DNA of 64,000 bases from Candidatus Poribacteria bacterium. GTDB taxonomy: Bacteria > Poribacteria > WGA-4E > PCPOR2b. The DNA lies in assembly GCA_965218095.1 (NCBI GenBank), contig OZ244587.1, positions 2,112,001-2,176,000 on the forward strand. The letters run 5' to 3'. Both the position numbers and the translations under genes were made by a program. The notes under the pieces are model-generated. The model was not told the DNA's origin, made no database searches, and saw only the letters and a list, made by a program, of their open reading frames with translations. Positions 10,474 through 20,746 of the stretch are shown here, piece by piece (positions within the stretch are counted from its first letter, which is position 1; each line of letters begins with the position of its first letter).

Positions 10474-10890
10474 ATGTTAACCGGTCTGTGGACGATTGGT
10501 ATCAAAGTGCCGAATCTGGAACGAGAGTTGGCATTTCATGAGCAGATGGGCGCCGAGATTGTCCTTGATGAAACACTGGAATTTGATGGCGAATCTTTCC
10601 GTGTACCGCTGGTCAAAATGGGAGATAAATATCTCCACCTGGCGGAGAAGATGGTTTACGAGCGAATGCTGGGTGAGGAGCTGCCCTTCGGTGTAACGCA
10701 CCTAGTCTACATTAGCGATCACCTTGATGAAGATGTCGCCAAAGCCGTTGAGAGCGGCGCCATCCTCATAGGAGACATCGCCGAGGTCTCGGCGGGATTT
10801 GGTGAGCGCAGAGTGGCGTTCATGCGTGCGCCGAGCGGCTGGATTTTTGAGTTCATCGAGATTAAACGCAACCTTGTGCCGGCAGTCTAA
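10474..10890 (+). CDS. VOC/glyoxalase family protein
   Basis: IGIKVPNLE...HLVYISD...RVAFMRAPSGWIFEFIE glyoxalase pattern; SD GGAG before ATG 10474. Confidence 0.8.
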   Translation: MLTGLWTIGIKVPNLERELAFHEQMGAEIVLDETLEFDGESFRVPLVKMGDKYLHLAEKMVYERMLGEELPFGVTHLVYISDHLDEDVAKAVESGAILIGDIAEVSAGFGERRVAFMRAPSGWIFEFIEIKRNLVPAV

Positions 10891-10905
10891 TCCAACGAGT
10901 TGTTG

Positions 10906-10938
10906 AACCTTGCGAAGGTTTGAAACCTTCGCAAGGTT
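10906..10938. repeat. Perfect palindrome (REP-like, possible terminator)
   Basis: AACCTTGCGAAGGTTT-G-AAACCTTCGCAAGGTT, 16-bp arms, just after the VOC stop codon. Confidence 0.75.
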
Positions 10939-11003
10939 AAATGTCCAACTTATCTAATCACCATTCCTTAGTGGAAACAGCATAAGTATTTTCACAGGGA
11001 GAG

Positions 11004-11395
11004 TTGATGATAAAACTTGGTTGTAACAGCCTTGTGCGAGACAGAGACAATCCGGGCCAGTGGATAGACATCGAGACATCGATTTTCAGCTTGATAGGGG
11101 ATTTCGTTCTCTGGATCCGGGCTATCTTTGCCGCGTCAATCCCATTGCCCAAGAGAAGTATCGAGTCGTTGAACGTCGGGTTGCAGATGTCCCGTTTGGC
11201 AAGTTGTTCGCTGCCCTTAAAAACGAGCCGTATCGCGAGCCAGAGTTACCCATTGATGGGAAGGCGTTGGTGCAAGTCATTACTACTGCTGCACAAGCTG
11301 ATGCTGCCGTATCCCGTGATTCACAGCAGTCGGAATCTATGTGTGTGCTTACAATCTTCAATTCAAAATTAGTTAAGGAGTCAACTTATGTCTAA
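11004..11395 (+). pseudogene. Degraded gene remnant, possibly a sugar-phosphate isomerase/epimerase N-terminus
   Basis: SD GGAGAG, then MIKLGCNSL...WIDIET; the frame breaks at tandem GACATCGA-GACATCGA (11067-11082) and continues as IDFQLDRGFRSLDPGYL. Family call is from resemblance only. Confidence 0.4.
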
Positions 11396-12398
11396 AATCC
11401 GACTGGCGATCATTGGCTGCGGCGGGAATTCCTCGGGCCATGCCCGTAGAATGGACGTCAATCCCGATGTACAGATTGTCGCCGCCTGCGACGTGAACAC
11501 CGACATCGTTAAGGGCTATATCGACCGTAACCTACCAGAGCTTGCGCCGCGTCCAACCGCGTTCGATAATATCCCGAAGATGCTCTCCGAGACAAAACCG
11601 GACGCGGTGCTGATTTCCACGCCGCACACCCTTCACTTTGAACACGGCATGCACGCCCTCAACGCGGGGTGTCATGTCCTCATGGAAAAGCCGATGGTGA
11701 CGTCCGCTCAAGACGCCTATACGATTGCCGAAAAAGTCAGGGAGACAGGGAAGGTGTTTGTCGTCGGTTACAACACCTCCTCCACGGCAAACTTCTATTA
11801 CCTGCGCGAAAGTATCCGCAACAAGACTTTCGGGACGCTGGAGTTGGTGACGGGCTACATCACGCAGGCCTGGCTTCGCCCAACCAAGGGAACATGGCGG
11901 CAGAATCCCCAATTGTCCGGCGGTGGTCAAGCCTATGACAGCGGAGCACACCTGCTCAACAGCCTGTGCTGGTCGGTTGAGTCTAATATCGCTGAGGTCC
12001 ACGCCTTCATTGACAACCACGGCGTTCAGGTGGACATCAACTCGTCCATCAATATTTGCTTTGAAAACGGGGTGTTGGCGGGCATCGTCATCAGCGGCAA
12101 TTGCCCAAGTCCGGGCGGCACCCATGCAGCGTTCATCTTCGACAACGGCCGAATCGAGATCGACGGCTGGGGCGGTGGTTGGATTCGCGTCTATGACGGC
12201 GGGGAACTACTCGACCCACCGCCGATTACTGAGGACATGTCGGCGGGCTCGGCGGACGATAACTTCATTGACGCCATTCTTGGCCGCGCTGAACCCCGCA
12301 CCAGTCCGGTGAACGGTATTATCCACTCTGAGTTGATGGATGCAATCTACGAGTCGGCTCGTACGAGGCTGCCCGCTCGGCCCAAACGGAGAGGATAG
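11388..12398 (+). CDS. Gfo/Idh/MocA family oxidoreductase
   Basis: RLAIIGCGG, ISTPHTLH, HVLMEKPM, WR...SGGGQAYDSGAH. Confidence 0.9.
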   Translation: MSKIRLAIIGCGGNSSGHARRMDVNPDVQIVAACDVNTDIVKGYIDRNLPELAPRPTAFDNIPKMLSETKPDAVLISTPHTLHFEHGMHALNAGCHVLMEKPMVTSAQDAYTIAEKVRETGKVFVVGYNTSSTANFYYLRESIRNKTFGTLELVTGYITQAWLRPTKGTWRQNPQLSGGGQAYDSGAHLLNSLCWSVESNIAEVHAFIDNHGVQVDINSSINICFENGVLAGIVISGNCPSPGGTHAAFIFDNGRIEIDGWGGGWIRVYDGGELLDPPPITEDMSAGSADDNFIDAILGRAEPRTSPVNGIIHSELMDAIYESARTRLPARPKRRG

Positions 12399-12499
12399 TA
12401 GATTGGGCTTTCGCTTCGGTCAACTTGTTCAGAAGTGCAGGGGTTCAGGTATTCATTTATGTTTTACGTTTCACGTTTTTACGCAAGGGAGGATAACCG

Positions 12500-13573
12500 A
12501 TGCAAACCTATCGCGCCGCCGTCATCGGCTGTAGCCGAATGGGCGCATTTATCGACAACGAAGGGGGCGGTCACTTGGCAACTGAAGTGACCGACTACCT
12601 GGCACGGACGTTCCCGAAGTCGCACGCCGCCAGCTTTTTTGCGGAGGATCGGACAGACCTCACCGCTTGCGCTGACCTCCGCACAGAGGTCATGGACGAA
12701 TTCGGGAAGCGATACAATGTCCCCAAGGAACGGCAGTACACCGATTACCGGGAGATGATTGAAAAGGAACAGCCCAACATCGTCAGTGTTGCGACGCAGC
12801 CAGAGCAACGCGCTGAAGTCGTTATCCACGCGGCGAAGAACGGCGTCAAAGCTATCTATGCAGAAAAGGCAATGGCGGCGTCAATGGACGAAGCGGATGC
12901 GATGGTGGAGGCAGTGGAGCGCAACGGCGTTGCTTTCAACCTGGGGACAAATCGCCGTTGGGACACCGGCTTCGACAAAATGAAAGAGATCATCGATAGC
13001 GGGGAATTGGGTGCCCTGCAGACGTTGATTATCTACGGCAACGGGTCGCTTTTCAACACTGCCAGCCATAACTTCGACCTCATTCTGCGCCTGAACAGCG
13101 ATGCGCCGGCGTCATGGGTTTCGGCGCATTTGCCGGAGGGTGACCAGATTATCGATGGGAATATCGTCCGCGAAGACCTAAGCGGACAGGGAATGATCCA
13201 GTTTGAAAACGGCGTGACGGCGCATGCCCTTCTCACGCAGCTTGGCTGGGAAGCTGTCTGCGAGAAGGGAAGCGTCGCGAGCTCCAGAGACGGCGCGGTG
13301 TGGCAAATCCGTCGCCAAAGCCGGGTGGAGCCCTTCCCCAGATTTGAGCGCACCAGCAGCGGCGCGAATATCGTCAAAGACCTGATTCACGCCCTGGATA
13401 CCGGCGAACCGACGCGCGGCGGGATGCGTGTCGCACACGCCAGCACGGAGTTGATTTTCGCGTTCATGGAGTCGCATCTGCGGAATGGGGCACGGGTCGA
13501 GCTGCCGTTGAAGGGGAGCAAGTTGCGTTTGCAACGGGATCGAGCGCCACGGCAGCCGAAGTTTAAGCCATGA
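12500..13573 (+). CDS. Gfo/Idh/MocA family oxidoreductase
   Basis: RAAVIGCSRMG, VSVATQP, IYAEKAMA; SD GGAGG. Confidence 0.88.
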   Translation: MQTYRAAVIGCSRMGAFIDNEGGGHLATEVTDYLARTFPKSHAASFFAEDRTDLTACADLRTEVMDEFGKRYNVPKERQYTDYREMIEKEQPNIVSVATQPEQRAEVVIHAAKNGVKAIYAEKAMAASMDEADAMVEAVERNGVAFNLGTNRRWDTGFDKMKEIIDSGELGALQTLIIYGNGSLFNTASHNFDLILRLNSDAPASWVSAHLPEGDQIIDGNIVREDLSGQGMIQFENGVTAHALLTQLGWEAVCEKGSVASSRDGAVWQIRRQSRVEPFPRFERTSSGANIVKDLIHALDTGEPTRGGMRVAHASTELIFAFMESHLRNGARVELPLKGSKLRLQRDRAPRQPKFKP

Positions 13574-13592
13574 GGCGGTAAGGAGGAATACC

Positions 13593-14399
13593 ATGCTCAC
13601 AGAACAGCAAGTCAACCACTTTAACACCTTCGGATTCCTGATCTTTCGGCAGTTGTTCAGCCCGGACGAACTAAAAACCATCAACGCCGAGTTTGAACAC
13701 GCCTTGATGTCTGCGTACCACCACGCCCCATTTGATGGCACTTACAGACATTGGGTGCGGACAATGGGCCCCGAGACCCCCTTTTTCGTTTCGCTGCTCG
13801 AAGACTCGCGCTTCTGCGAACCGACAGAACAACTCTACGGGGAGGACGCTCTCGGCATTGTTTCGGATGCTAACCGTTACGTCGGCACCACGCGCTGGCA
13901 TCCAGACCACCGTGTCGATCCGACTGAGGATTGCTACGGCGTCAAATTCGCCTACTATCTCGAACCGGTTGGTGCCGAAAACGGGGCGCTGCGGTTGATT
14001 CCAGGGTCACACAAAAACCCGCTGCACAACAACCTGCGGGACAATCTGGGAGAGTTTGGGTTTGAGATCTGCGACGTTCCTGCCTACGTTTGCGAATCGG
14101 AGCCCGGCGATGTGGTCGCCTTTGACATGCGCTGCTGGCATGCGAGTTGGGGCGGAGCGATTGACCGGCGGATGTGTACGGTGGTCTACTACAAAAACCC
14201 GGAGGGTCCTGAAGAGGAAGCGGCGACCCGAAGGCGAGCCGCCAACAGTGCGAAAGAACCGAATAATTCTGGACTCCCTTTTTCGACTCACCGTGATATC
14301 ATGAGCCACTGGGCTGCCAATCATGAGGGAAGCGAAAAACGTCAGTGTTGGATAGATCGGGAGCGGGATCTCGGATTTTTCGATTATCTCCAAGCCTGA
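13593..14399 (+). CDS. Phytanoyl-CoA dioxygenase (PhyH) family Fe(II)/2-oxoglutarate dioxygenase
   Basis: MLTEQQVNHFNTFGFL, WHPD, NGALRLIPGSH, PGDVVAFD...WHAS. Confidence 0.88.
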   Translation: MLTEQQVNHFNTFGFLIFRQLFSPDELKTINAEFEHALMSAYHHAPFDGTYRHWVRTMGPETPFFVSLLEDSRFCEPTEQLYGEDALGIVSDANRYVGTTRWHPDHRVDPTEDCYGVKFAYYLEPVGAENGALRLIPGSHKNPLHNNLRDNLGEFGFEICDVPAYVCESEPGDVVAFDMRCWHASWGGAIDRRMCTVVYYKNPEGPEEEAATRRRAANSAKEPNNSGLPFSTHRDIMSHWAANHEGSEKRQCWIDRERDLGFFDYLQA

Positions 14400-14490
14400 A
14401 GGTCGGACACGGGAAAAGCGCGGGAGCGCCGGAAGCAGATCCGTGTAATCCTACCTATAACATTCTGCTATTACCGATTCGGCGCCAACA

Positions 14491-15642
14491 TTACATTTGA
14501 CCATTTTTACTTCGCATCTCCTGTATTGTGTGGTTGATCTCCTCGAGAACTTCCGGATTGGTTTCCGCTTTTAACTGCGCCTGCAACGACTTTCTCGCAG
14601 CTTCGCCGCCGATTCGTCCCAACGCCCATGCCGCATGTGCGCGGACGAGCGGGTCGTCGTCATTCAACGCCTTTTCGAGGGCAGGCGCCGCGGATGGATG
14701 CTTCCAATTGCCGAGCGCAACCACGATATTCCGCAGAAACCCACGTCGCTTCGCACGCTTGATTGGGCTGTTCTTGAAGCGTTTACTGAACTCCTTTTGC
14801 GTCATGTTAATTAGTGAGAGCAGCTTCGGAGCAAGATTCCCCATCCGTGGATAAAAACCGCGTTCCTTTGTCGGCGTGGCTTTGCTATTCCATGGACAGA
14901 CCTCCTGGCAGATGTCGCAGCCGAAGATCAGGGCGCCCATCTGCGGTCGAAGTTCGCGCGGAATGCTTCCCTTCAGTTCAATGGTGAGGTAGGAAATACA
15001 CAGCCGGGAGTCGAGGACATTTGGGGCAAGGATGGCGTCCGTTGGGCACGCCTCGATGCAGCGGGTGCATGTGCCGCAGCTTCCACGCAGTTGCAGTGGA
15101 TCGGCATCCAACTCGATGCTGACCAGAATGCCTGCGAGGAAGAACCATGATCCTGTCCGCCAGTTGATTACATTTGTGTTTTTGGCAATCCACCCGATTC
15201 CCGCATTTTGAGCGTATTCGCGTTCGAGAACCGGAGCTGTATCCACATAAACTCGGGTTTTTACTTCTTCTTCGGCAGTTTTTTGGATAAATTTCGCTAA
15301 CTGATCCAGTTTCCCGCGGATAATGTCGTGGTAATCCGCCCCCCACGCATACCGAGAAATCTGCCCCCGCGATGGATCGTTGACAAGTTCCTTGGGCGGG
15401 TCGAGCGTGTAGTAATTGATCGCCAACGCGATAATCGATTTGGCTTCAGGAAGAATATTGCGCGGATGGCGCTTCAGCGGGAGATGCCTTTCGAGATAGG
15501 CCATCTCCCCCGCGTAACCATTTTTCAACCATTGTTCGTAAAGATCGATCATCTCACTCGGTTCAGCGGGGATAATCCCGACTAGCTCGAATCCGAGTTT
15601 CTGTGCCCGATCTTTGATCTGTTCGGTCAGAGTCGTGTTCAT
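14491..15642 (-). CDS. queG: tRNA epoxyqueuosine(34) reductase QueG with C-terminal HEAT repeat
   Basis: ISRYAWGADYH, VDTAPVLER, CGTCTRCIEACPT and FGCDICQEVCPWN; start placed at MNTTLT (15642). Confidence 0.93.
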   Translation of the reverse strand: MNTTLTEQIKDRAQKLGFELVGIIPAEPSEMIDLYEQWLKNGYAGEMAYLERHLPLKRHPRNILPEAKSIIALAINYYTLDPPKELVNDPSRGQISRYAWGADYHDIIRGKLDQLAKFIQKTAEEEVKTRVYVDTAPVLEREYAQNAGIGWIAKNTNVINWRTGSWFFLAGILVSIELDADPLQLRGSCGTCTRCIEACPTDAILAPNVLDSRLCISYLTIELKGSIPRELRPQMGALIFGCDICQEVCPWNSKATPTKERGFYPRMGNLAPKLLSLINMTQKEFSKRFKNSPIKRAKRRGFLRNIVVALGNWKHPSAAPALEKALNDDDPLVRAHAAWALGRIGGEAARKSLQAQLKAETNPEVLEEINHTIQEMRSKNGQM

Positions 15643-15698
15643 GGGTCTATGGATTGTGTGCTTATGGGCGTTAAACGTAAAACGTGAAACATGTTCGC

Positions 15699-17078
15699 CT
15701 ATCCACCATTTTTCAAAGCCGGCTTGGCGGTCCACGCCTGCAATTTTGCCATCTCGATGACGCGCTTCCCTTCAAAGCCGGGATAAAACATGGTCCAATC
15801 GAAACGCATTTCCGCGAAATCGGATCGCCCCACAATTGTAGGAACATGGAAATCGGCATCCAGTGGAAGTTCGGCGGGCAGATTTTCATCAGCGGCAATG
15901 GCTTGCAACACTCGGGAAGCAGCTTTGAGGAAACTCCCCGGTGCAATTGCTCGCGGCTCAAGTACGATGGATGCAGGGACACGATGATCGTCGGTAAGTT
16001 TTTCGTTGACCCTCGCCGCCAAATCGAGTAGTGTGTCAACACCAACCGGTTCGTATGCTTCATCGAACTTCAGCGATTGTGTTGGACCAATCAAACGACG
16101 AATTGGTATCATCTGAGGGAGTTTCCCGGTTCGGCGGCGCCAATCCAATGCGAAGACAATCACCCCAAAAATCTCGGCGGGCGAGTAAGAGACGCCATCA
16201 ACAATCTGATAGTTGAGCGCAAGCTGGATCTCCTCCGCAAGCTGGAGGAGGGTGGGTTGATCAATCCAGGTTTGCCGCTCCTTGTACTGCTCATAAAGTT
16301 GCTGGTAATCAATAACTTCAATCCCCTCTCCGACAACGTACGCCACGAAAGCATCGAAATCGCTAATCAACGCCTCAATCTGTGAGGAAGGGCGCATTGG
16401 AGCTGGTGCCCATTCAGATTTTGGCGTGTTCTTACCGTAGCGGAAATTGTCTGAAAATTTGTGTACGAACAAGCGCGCCGGGTGGGTGTATATCACGAGC
16501 GTTCCCTCCCCAATCTTATCACACAGATGACGGAAATCCGCCTTCATCTGTGCCAGGCGATCTTCCACTTCAAAATAGCGATCGAACGCCGTGTGGTAGC
16601 CGATGAAAAGCTGGCTACAGTACCACATCGGCTGACCTGGTGCGAACTCAAATGGGGCATCGCAAAACACGGGCAGTCCCATCAATGCCATGCCGTATGC
16701 GACCTGCGGGCCCCAGCTCTCACCAGGCTTGCAGTGCGCGATTGGGCGTTGCCCTAAAATCTCCTCGACATCGTGGATACCTTGTGATTCCTCATCAATC
16801 ACGCGCTGTACGCCATTATCCCACCCCATCCCATCCAGATACTCCGCATGGAGCGGGTGGCGGGAGTGCCAATCAGAATGAAAATCGATCTCGTGCGCCG
16901 TGAGTGCGTCGATGATATCCTTGCGCCCACGATCTCGTAACACCCGTGCCTTCTCCCCGACGGTGCAGAAGGCGCCGCGACATCCATGTTTCGTCAACAT
17001 GTCAGCCCAGATCTTTACGGTATCATCGATACCGGGGGTTTCATATTCTTCTGTGTCAAATGAAAAAATCAACTGCAT
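15699..17078 (-). CDS. Polysaccharide deacetylase-like (NodB fold) protein with C-terminal extension
   Basis: FSFDTEEY and HEIDFHSDWHSRH resemble carbohydrate esterase family 4 metal motifs. Confidence 0.65.
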   Translation of the reverse strand: MQLIFSFDTEEYETPGIDDTVKIWADMLTKHGCRGAFCTVGEKARVLRDRGRKDIIDALTAHEIDFHSDWHSRHPLHAEYLDGMGWDNGVQRVIDEESQGIHDVEEILGQRPIAHCKPGESWGPQVAYGMALMGLPVFCDAPFEFAPGQPMWYCSQLFIGYHTAFDRYFEVEDRLAQMKADFRHLCDKIGEGTLVIYTHPARLFVHKFSDNFRYGKNTPKSEWAPAPMRPSSQIEALISDFDAFVAYVVGEGIEVIDYQQLYEQYKERQTWIDQPTLLQLAEEIQLALNYQIVDGVSYSPAEIFGVIVFALDWRRRTGKLPQMIPIRRLIGPTQSLKFDEAYEPVGVDTLLDLAARVNEKLTDDHRVPASIVLEPRAIAPGSFLKAASRVLQAIAADENLPAELPLDADFHVPTIVGRSDFAEMRFDWTMFYPGFEGKRVIEMAKLQAWTAKPALKNGG

Positions 17079-17205
17079 GAGCCCTCTCCCTTGGTGTTGA
17101 AAACTGAAGCGTGGATTGTGATTCGTATTGCATTCTCAGGTATCAAGCGTTTGCTAATTCCTGCCCCAGCATTGAGGATCGGGGGACGAATGTAACATTG
17201 TCAAA

Positions 17206-18406
17206 TTACTGTCCCGCTACAAACGGAGTACGGGGGAAAGACATCAGCAGTTCTGGGCCCTCCTCGGTCACATGACACACATCTCCGAGTGGAACGAACA
17301 TCACCCCCGAACCGGGTAAAGAGAAAGTGGCGTGAACAACAGCGGTTGTACCCGCCTTGAGGGGCGTCTCGTTACTTTCAGTCATGTTCGGGCGCTCACT
17401 GTAGTCCAAACCGATCCCGTGTCCAATCCGTCCGCCTTGGATTTCCCAACTGTGTTCTGCCGCCTTTTCCCTTATCGTCCTAGCGATGTGGCCCACCGGG
17501 GTACCCGGTTTCATTACTGCCAAACCCGCTTCCTGGGCCTCTTGGGTAATTCCACAGATCCGTTCTAGCTCGGCACAAGGCCTTTGAAGCACTCCTGTAA
17601 TAACCCTTGTAAACTACATAGGAACAAGCCGCCATCAGGTCTCCTTCCTCCAACACACGCATGTGGGGTTTCACTTCAAGTTTTACATTCGACCAGTCAG
17701 GTGGCGGCCCCGAAGCCAACCAGTATTTAGCGTGATCGGCGCCCTCTCTGCGGATGGCTCTTTCCATTTCCGCAACGATCTCAATGCCTCGAAGACCCGG
17801 TTTGGCTGTCTTGAGCATCGTCTCGAACCCTAGGTCGCTCAGACGGGCTGCATGCCTCATCATTCCGACTTCATCGGGGCTCTTGGCGTATCGCAGTTCC
17901 GCAACAATATCCCTTACAGGTTTGAACTTTTCGCCGAGCCCTTCAGATAAGCTTTGGTAGAAAAGGGTGGGGATGTTTTCAATACCAACGACCCCAATAT
18001 CCTTTCCTCCGAGTCCATTCTCTTGAAGAATTGCCAGTGCTTCCTCGGTAAAACTGCGGGGAGCGCCGCTTTTTCTCGGATCGACAGCCACAGCATTGGG
18101 GTCAATAGCTCCCACCAACCGAACATCGTCAAGGGACGAGACCTCCAGGGCCAGTTCACGCATATAGGGCATCCCTGCAAACAGCAGGACCGGGGCGCCC
18201 TGGCGGGGAACGACAGCGGCCGAATCGACAATGCGGTCATGGTCTGCCCATCCGGATAGATAGGACACATGGCCAGTTTGGCCCCACTTGTGCTCCATTG
18301 GCGGCGAATAGACAAACAGAGCCCCCAGACCTTCCTCCTCTAAGAATTGTTGAATCTTCTCAAATCGAAGCTGATAAATCTCATTTGAAACTCTCTGAGT
18401 TGACAT
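17206..18406 (-). pseudogene. M24 (Xaa-Pro peptidase/creatinase-like) family protein, broken near 17599
   Basis: Creatinase-like N-terminus and LRYAKSPDE in one frame; GHGIGLDYSERP and LGDVCHVTEEGPELL in another. The junction YKGY/TGVLQRP looks like a short out-of-frame deletion. Confidence 0.75.
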
Positions 18407-18429
18407 AAAACCTCCTTCTTGCTATTATA

Positions 18430-18578
18430 TGTATTGGTCAATAACATGTTAAATACGGCGAGATTCACTGGAAATTATACGAATTATGGAGAGCGTGACA
18501 TTTCCATTATTCCCATAATCCGCAGTGAATTGAGTTTATCAGTTCATTTTCCTGCAAGATGTATTTGACCATTATACT
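18430..18578. repeat. Imperfect inverted-repeat (MITE-like) element
   Basis: GTATTGGTCAATAACAT at the left end and ATGTATTTGACCATTATAC at the right end; internal ATTCACTG/CAGTGAAT pair; AT-rich and non-coding. Confidence 0.45.
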
Positions 18579-18854
18579 TCTTGTTATTACACTTTGCAAC
18601 AGCATAAACACCGTTTTGGGTTGTCATTCTGAATAGCAACCTTTATATCTATACTATCACTAAACCTGTGAGAACCCGCATCGGAATTGGACGGTTAATC
18701 TCGCAAGAGTACACGCCTTCAAAAGTTCATTGAACTTTTGAACCCTTGACTCAACTTGCTGGTCGTTTTCTTGATACGCCAAATCGAATAGATTTTCTTA
18801 CGTCTTTAGTGATGATACACTATACCTTTCAAAAAACGCATCTCGGAACTGAAA

Positions 18855-19811
18855 CTACCTTTTGGGGCGCTTCACCTGGGTAAATTGGAAATCCGGTCCT
18901 TTCGTATAAGTTGCCCCAAGGCCCAGTCCCCAATCATACGGACCTGGGCCGGCTTGCTCTTCAGCCCACGCCTTTAGCGGAACACTATCCCAGTCGTCGG
19001 TAAACCAATATTGCGACGACGGTGCGTGAATCGGATCTTTGCCCATCGGGTGTCCACCGTCGCCTATTGCCCCCAGCAACTGTCGCCGGATTGGCGAACT
19101 GCGGGCGATTAGCGCTGCATTCTGTTCATAATAACCGCTTGGTCGTATCCATCTGGGTGTGTAGCTGATATACATTGCCTTGCGGACGCTCTTTGAGCGG
19201 TTTGGGGTCACACTGTGCAAGAGCGTAGGTTGCCATAGCATGGCGCTGCCGGCTGGCACTCGCAATTCAAAGATTTCCTCAGGCTCTAGCCACGACTCCC
19301 AGGTGGCGCGTTGCTCTCGGGTCCACTTGTAGCTCCCCGGCACGAGCAGAATCATGCTGTGACCGGGCTCGGTGTGATCGGAAATGTACCAGCCGACTTT
19401 GAAATCCAACAGCGGCATCCGGCTGTCTACAGTCGTGCCGGCAAATTCTTCTTCGTAATCGAAATGCCATCCTAGCGACAGGATGTCCGGATCTGCGTCG
19501 TCGGGCAGCGGCAATTTATAGTCAAAAACGCTATCGCGATTCTGAATGTTCCAGCCCACGGCATCTACGACCAACGGCAGGATCTTGGGATGGTCGAGCA
19601 GATCCAAGATGGCCTCGTGGCATGCCAGCCCATTGCGCCTGCTTACACTGTCATTGGGACCCAAGCCACGCTCCTGGCGAAGCTGGTCCGCTACCTCGTC
19701 CATTGCGGCCGACACCCGTTCTAGCTCCGGCTGGGTCAGTACACGCTCTAATACCGTGAACCCCTGTTCGTTGAGCTCATCTCTCTGTTGGTCGGTCATG
19801 GCTATAGGCAT
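18855..19811 (-). CDS. Phytanoyl-CoA dioxygenase (PhyH) family protein
   Basis: QGFTVLERVL, WHFD, LVPGSY, VPAGSAMLW...LLHSV...NRS..VRKA; SD GGAGG. Confidence 0.85.
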   Translation of the reverse strand: MPIAMTDQQRDELNEQGFTVLERVLTQPELERVSAAMDEVADQLRQERGLGPNDSVSRRNGLACHEAILDLLDHPKILPLVVDAVGWNIQNRDSVFDYKLPLPDDADPDILSLGWHFDYEEEFAGTTVDSRMPLLDFKVGWYISDHTEPGHSMILLVPGSYKWTREQRATWESWLEPEEIFELRVPAGSAMLWQPTLLHSVTPNRSKSVRKAMYISYTPRWIRPSGYYEQNAALIARSSPIRRQLLGAIGDGGHPMGKDPIHAPSSQYWFTDDWDSVPLKAWAEEQAGPGPYDWGLGLGATYTKGPDFQFTQVKRPKR

Positions 19812-20034
19812 CTAATTACCCTCCACTTTTTTCGCGGGTGGGTCCTGCGTCGTTGTTTGCGGATGTTTCCATTTAGATATTCCTATCGTCTAACGTTTTA
19901 GGCAATGGGCAAAGTTTTGCTACTCAATCGAAGCTATACCACGCCAAATTTTGTCCTTGCCCTGTTATGCGAAGTACCCCGAATCAACCTTTCAAAGCTG
20001 TTTCCCTTTTTTTTGCAAAATGATGATTTTCCTC

Positions 20035-20065
20035 TTGGCTCTTCCCCAAGGATAGGGGCTATACT
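20035..20065 (+). promoter_or_regulatory. MerR-type promoter with 19-bp spacer and operator dyad; leaderless
   Basis: TTGGCT (20035-20040), 19-nt spacer CTTCCCCAAGGATAGGGGC containing a CCCC...GGGG dyad, TATACT (20060-20065); ATG follows 6 nt later. Confidence 0.7.
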
Positions 20066-20071
20066 GAAGCT

Positions 20072-20746
20072 ATGAACAAAGATAAACAACATTTACTCTT
20101 TATCGGTAGGTTCGCAAAAGCCTCATACCTCTCATTGAAAGCACTGAGGCTTTACGATCAAAAAGGCATCTTAAAACCTGCACACATTGCCCCGGAATCG
20201 GACTACCGCTATTATCGGATTGAGCAACTAGATATTGCAAGATTAATCCCATACATGCGCCAAATGGAAATGCCTTTGGTCATGATCCAGCAGATCCTCT
20301 TGGCAGATCCTGACGAAGTAGGAGAAATATTGAGGGATTATTTACAATCCTGTGAACGTCGAGTTGAAGTCGTTCGCAGAACCATCCGAAGTTTAATTTC
20401 TCACCTGAGAAACGAGGAGGTAACACCTATGTCATTTGAAGTAGACGTGAAAGAGGTCACTCCCCAACAGATCGTTAGTATCAGCAAACATGTATACATC
20501 GGGCAACTTGATAGTCATATTAGGGGGAGCATCAATTTTCTCAAAGAGTTCGTCAAAAGGCAAGATGGCGAAATCGTTGGGCCGTCGTTAGGCATTTATC
20601 ACGCTCCTGTTAACCAGGAAGATTCGGTAAAAAAGTCAAGCAAGGTAAACGCACCGAGATCAGAAATCTTCATATCAATTTGCAATACATCGTACAAGAT
20701 AGGAGTAATTCATTCAGGAGCCTGGATGGCGTACAGGGCATCATAG
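20072..20746 (+). CDS. MerR family regulator with truncated GyrI-like effector domain
   Basis: IGRFAKASYLSLKALRLYDQKGILKP...YRYY HTH; GyrI-like similarity ends after GIYHAPVNQED (about 20625); the tail overlaps the convergent gene. Confidence 0.8.
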   Translation: MNKDKQHLLFIGRFAKASYLSLKALRLYDQKGILKPAHIAPESDYRYYRIEQLDIARLIPYMRQMEMPLVMIQQILLADPDEVGEILRDYLQSCERRVEVVRRTIRSLISHLRNEEVTPMSFEVDVKEVTPQQIVSISKHVYIGQLDSHIRGSINFLKEFVKRQDGEIVGPSLGIYHAPVNQEDSVKKSSKVNAPRSEIFISICNTSYKIGVIHSGAWMAYRAS

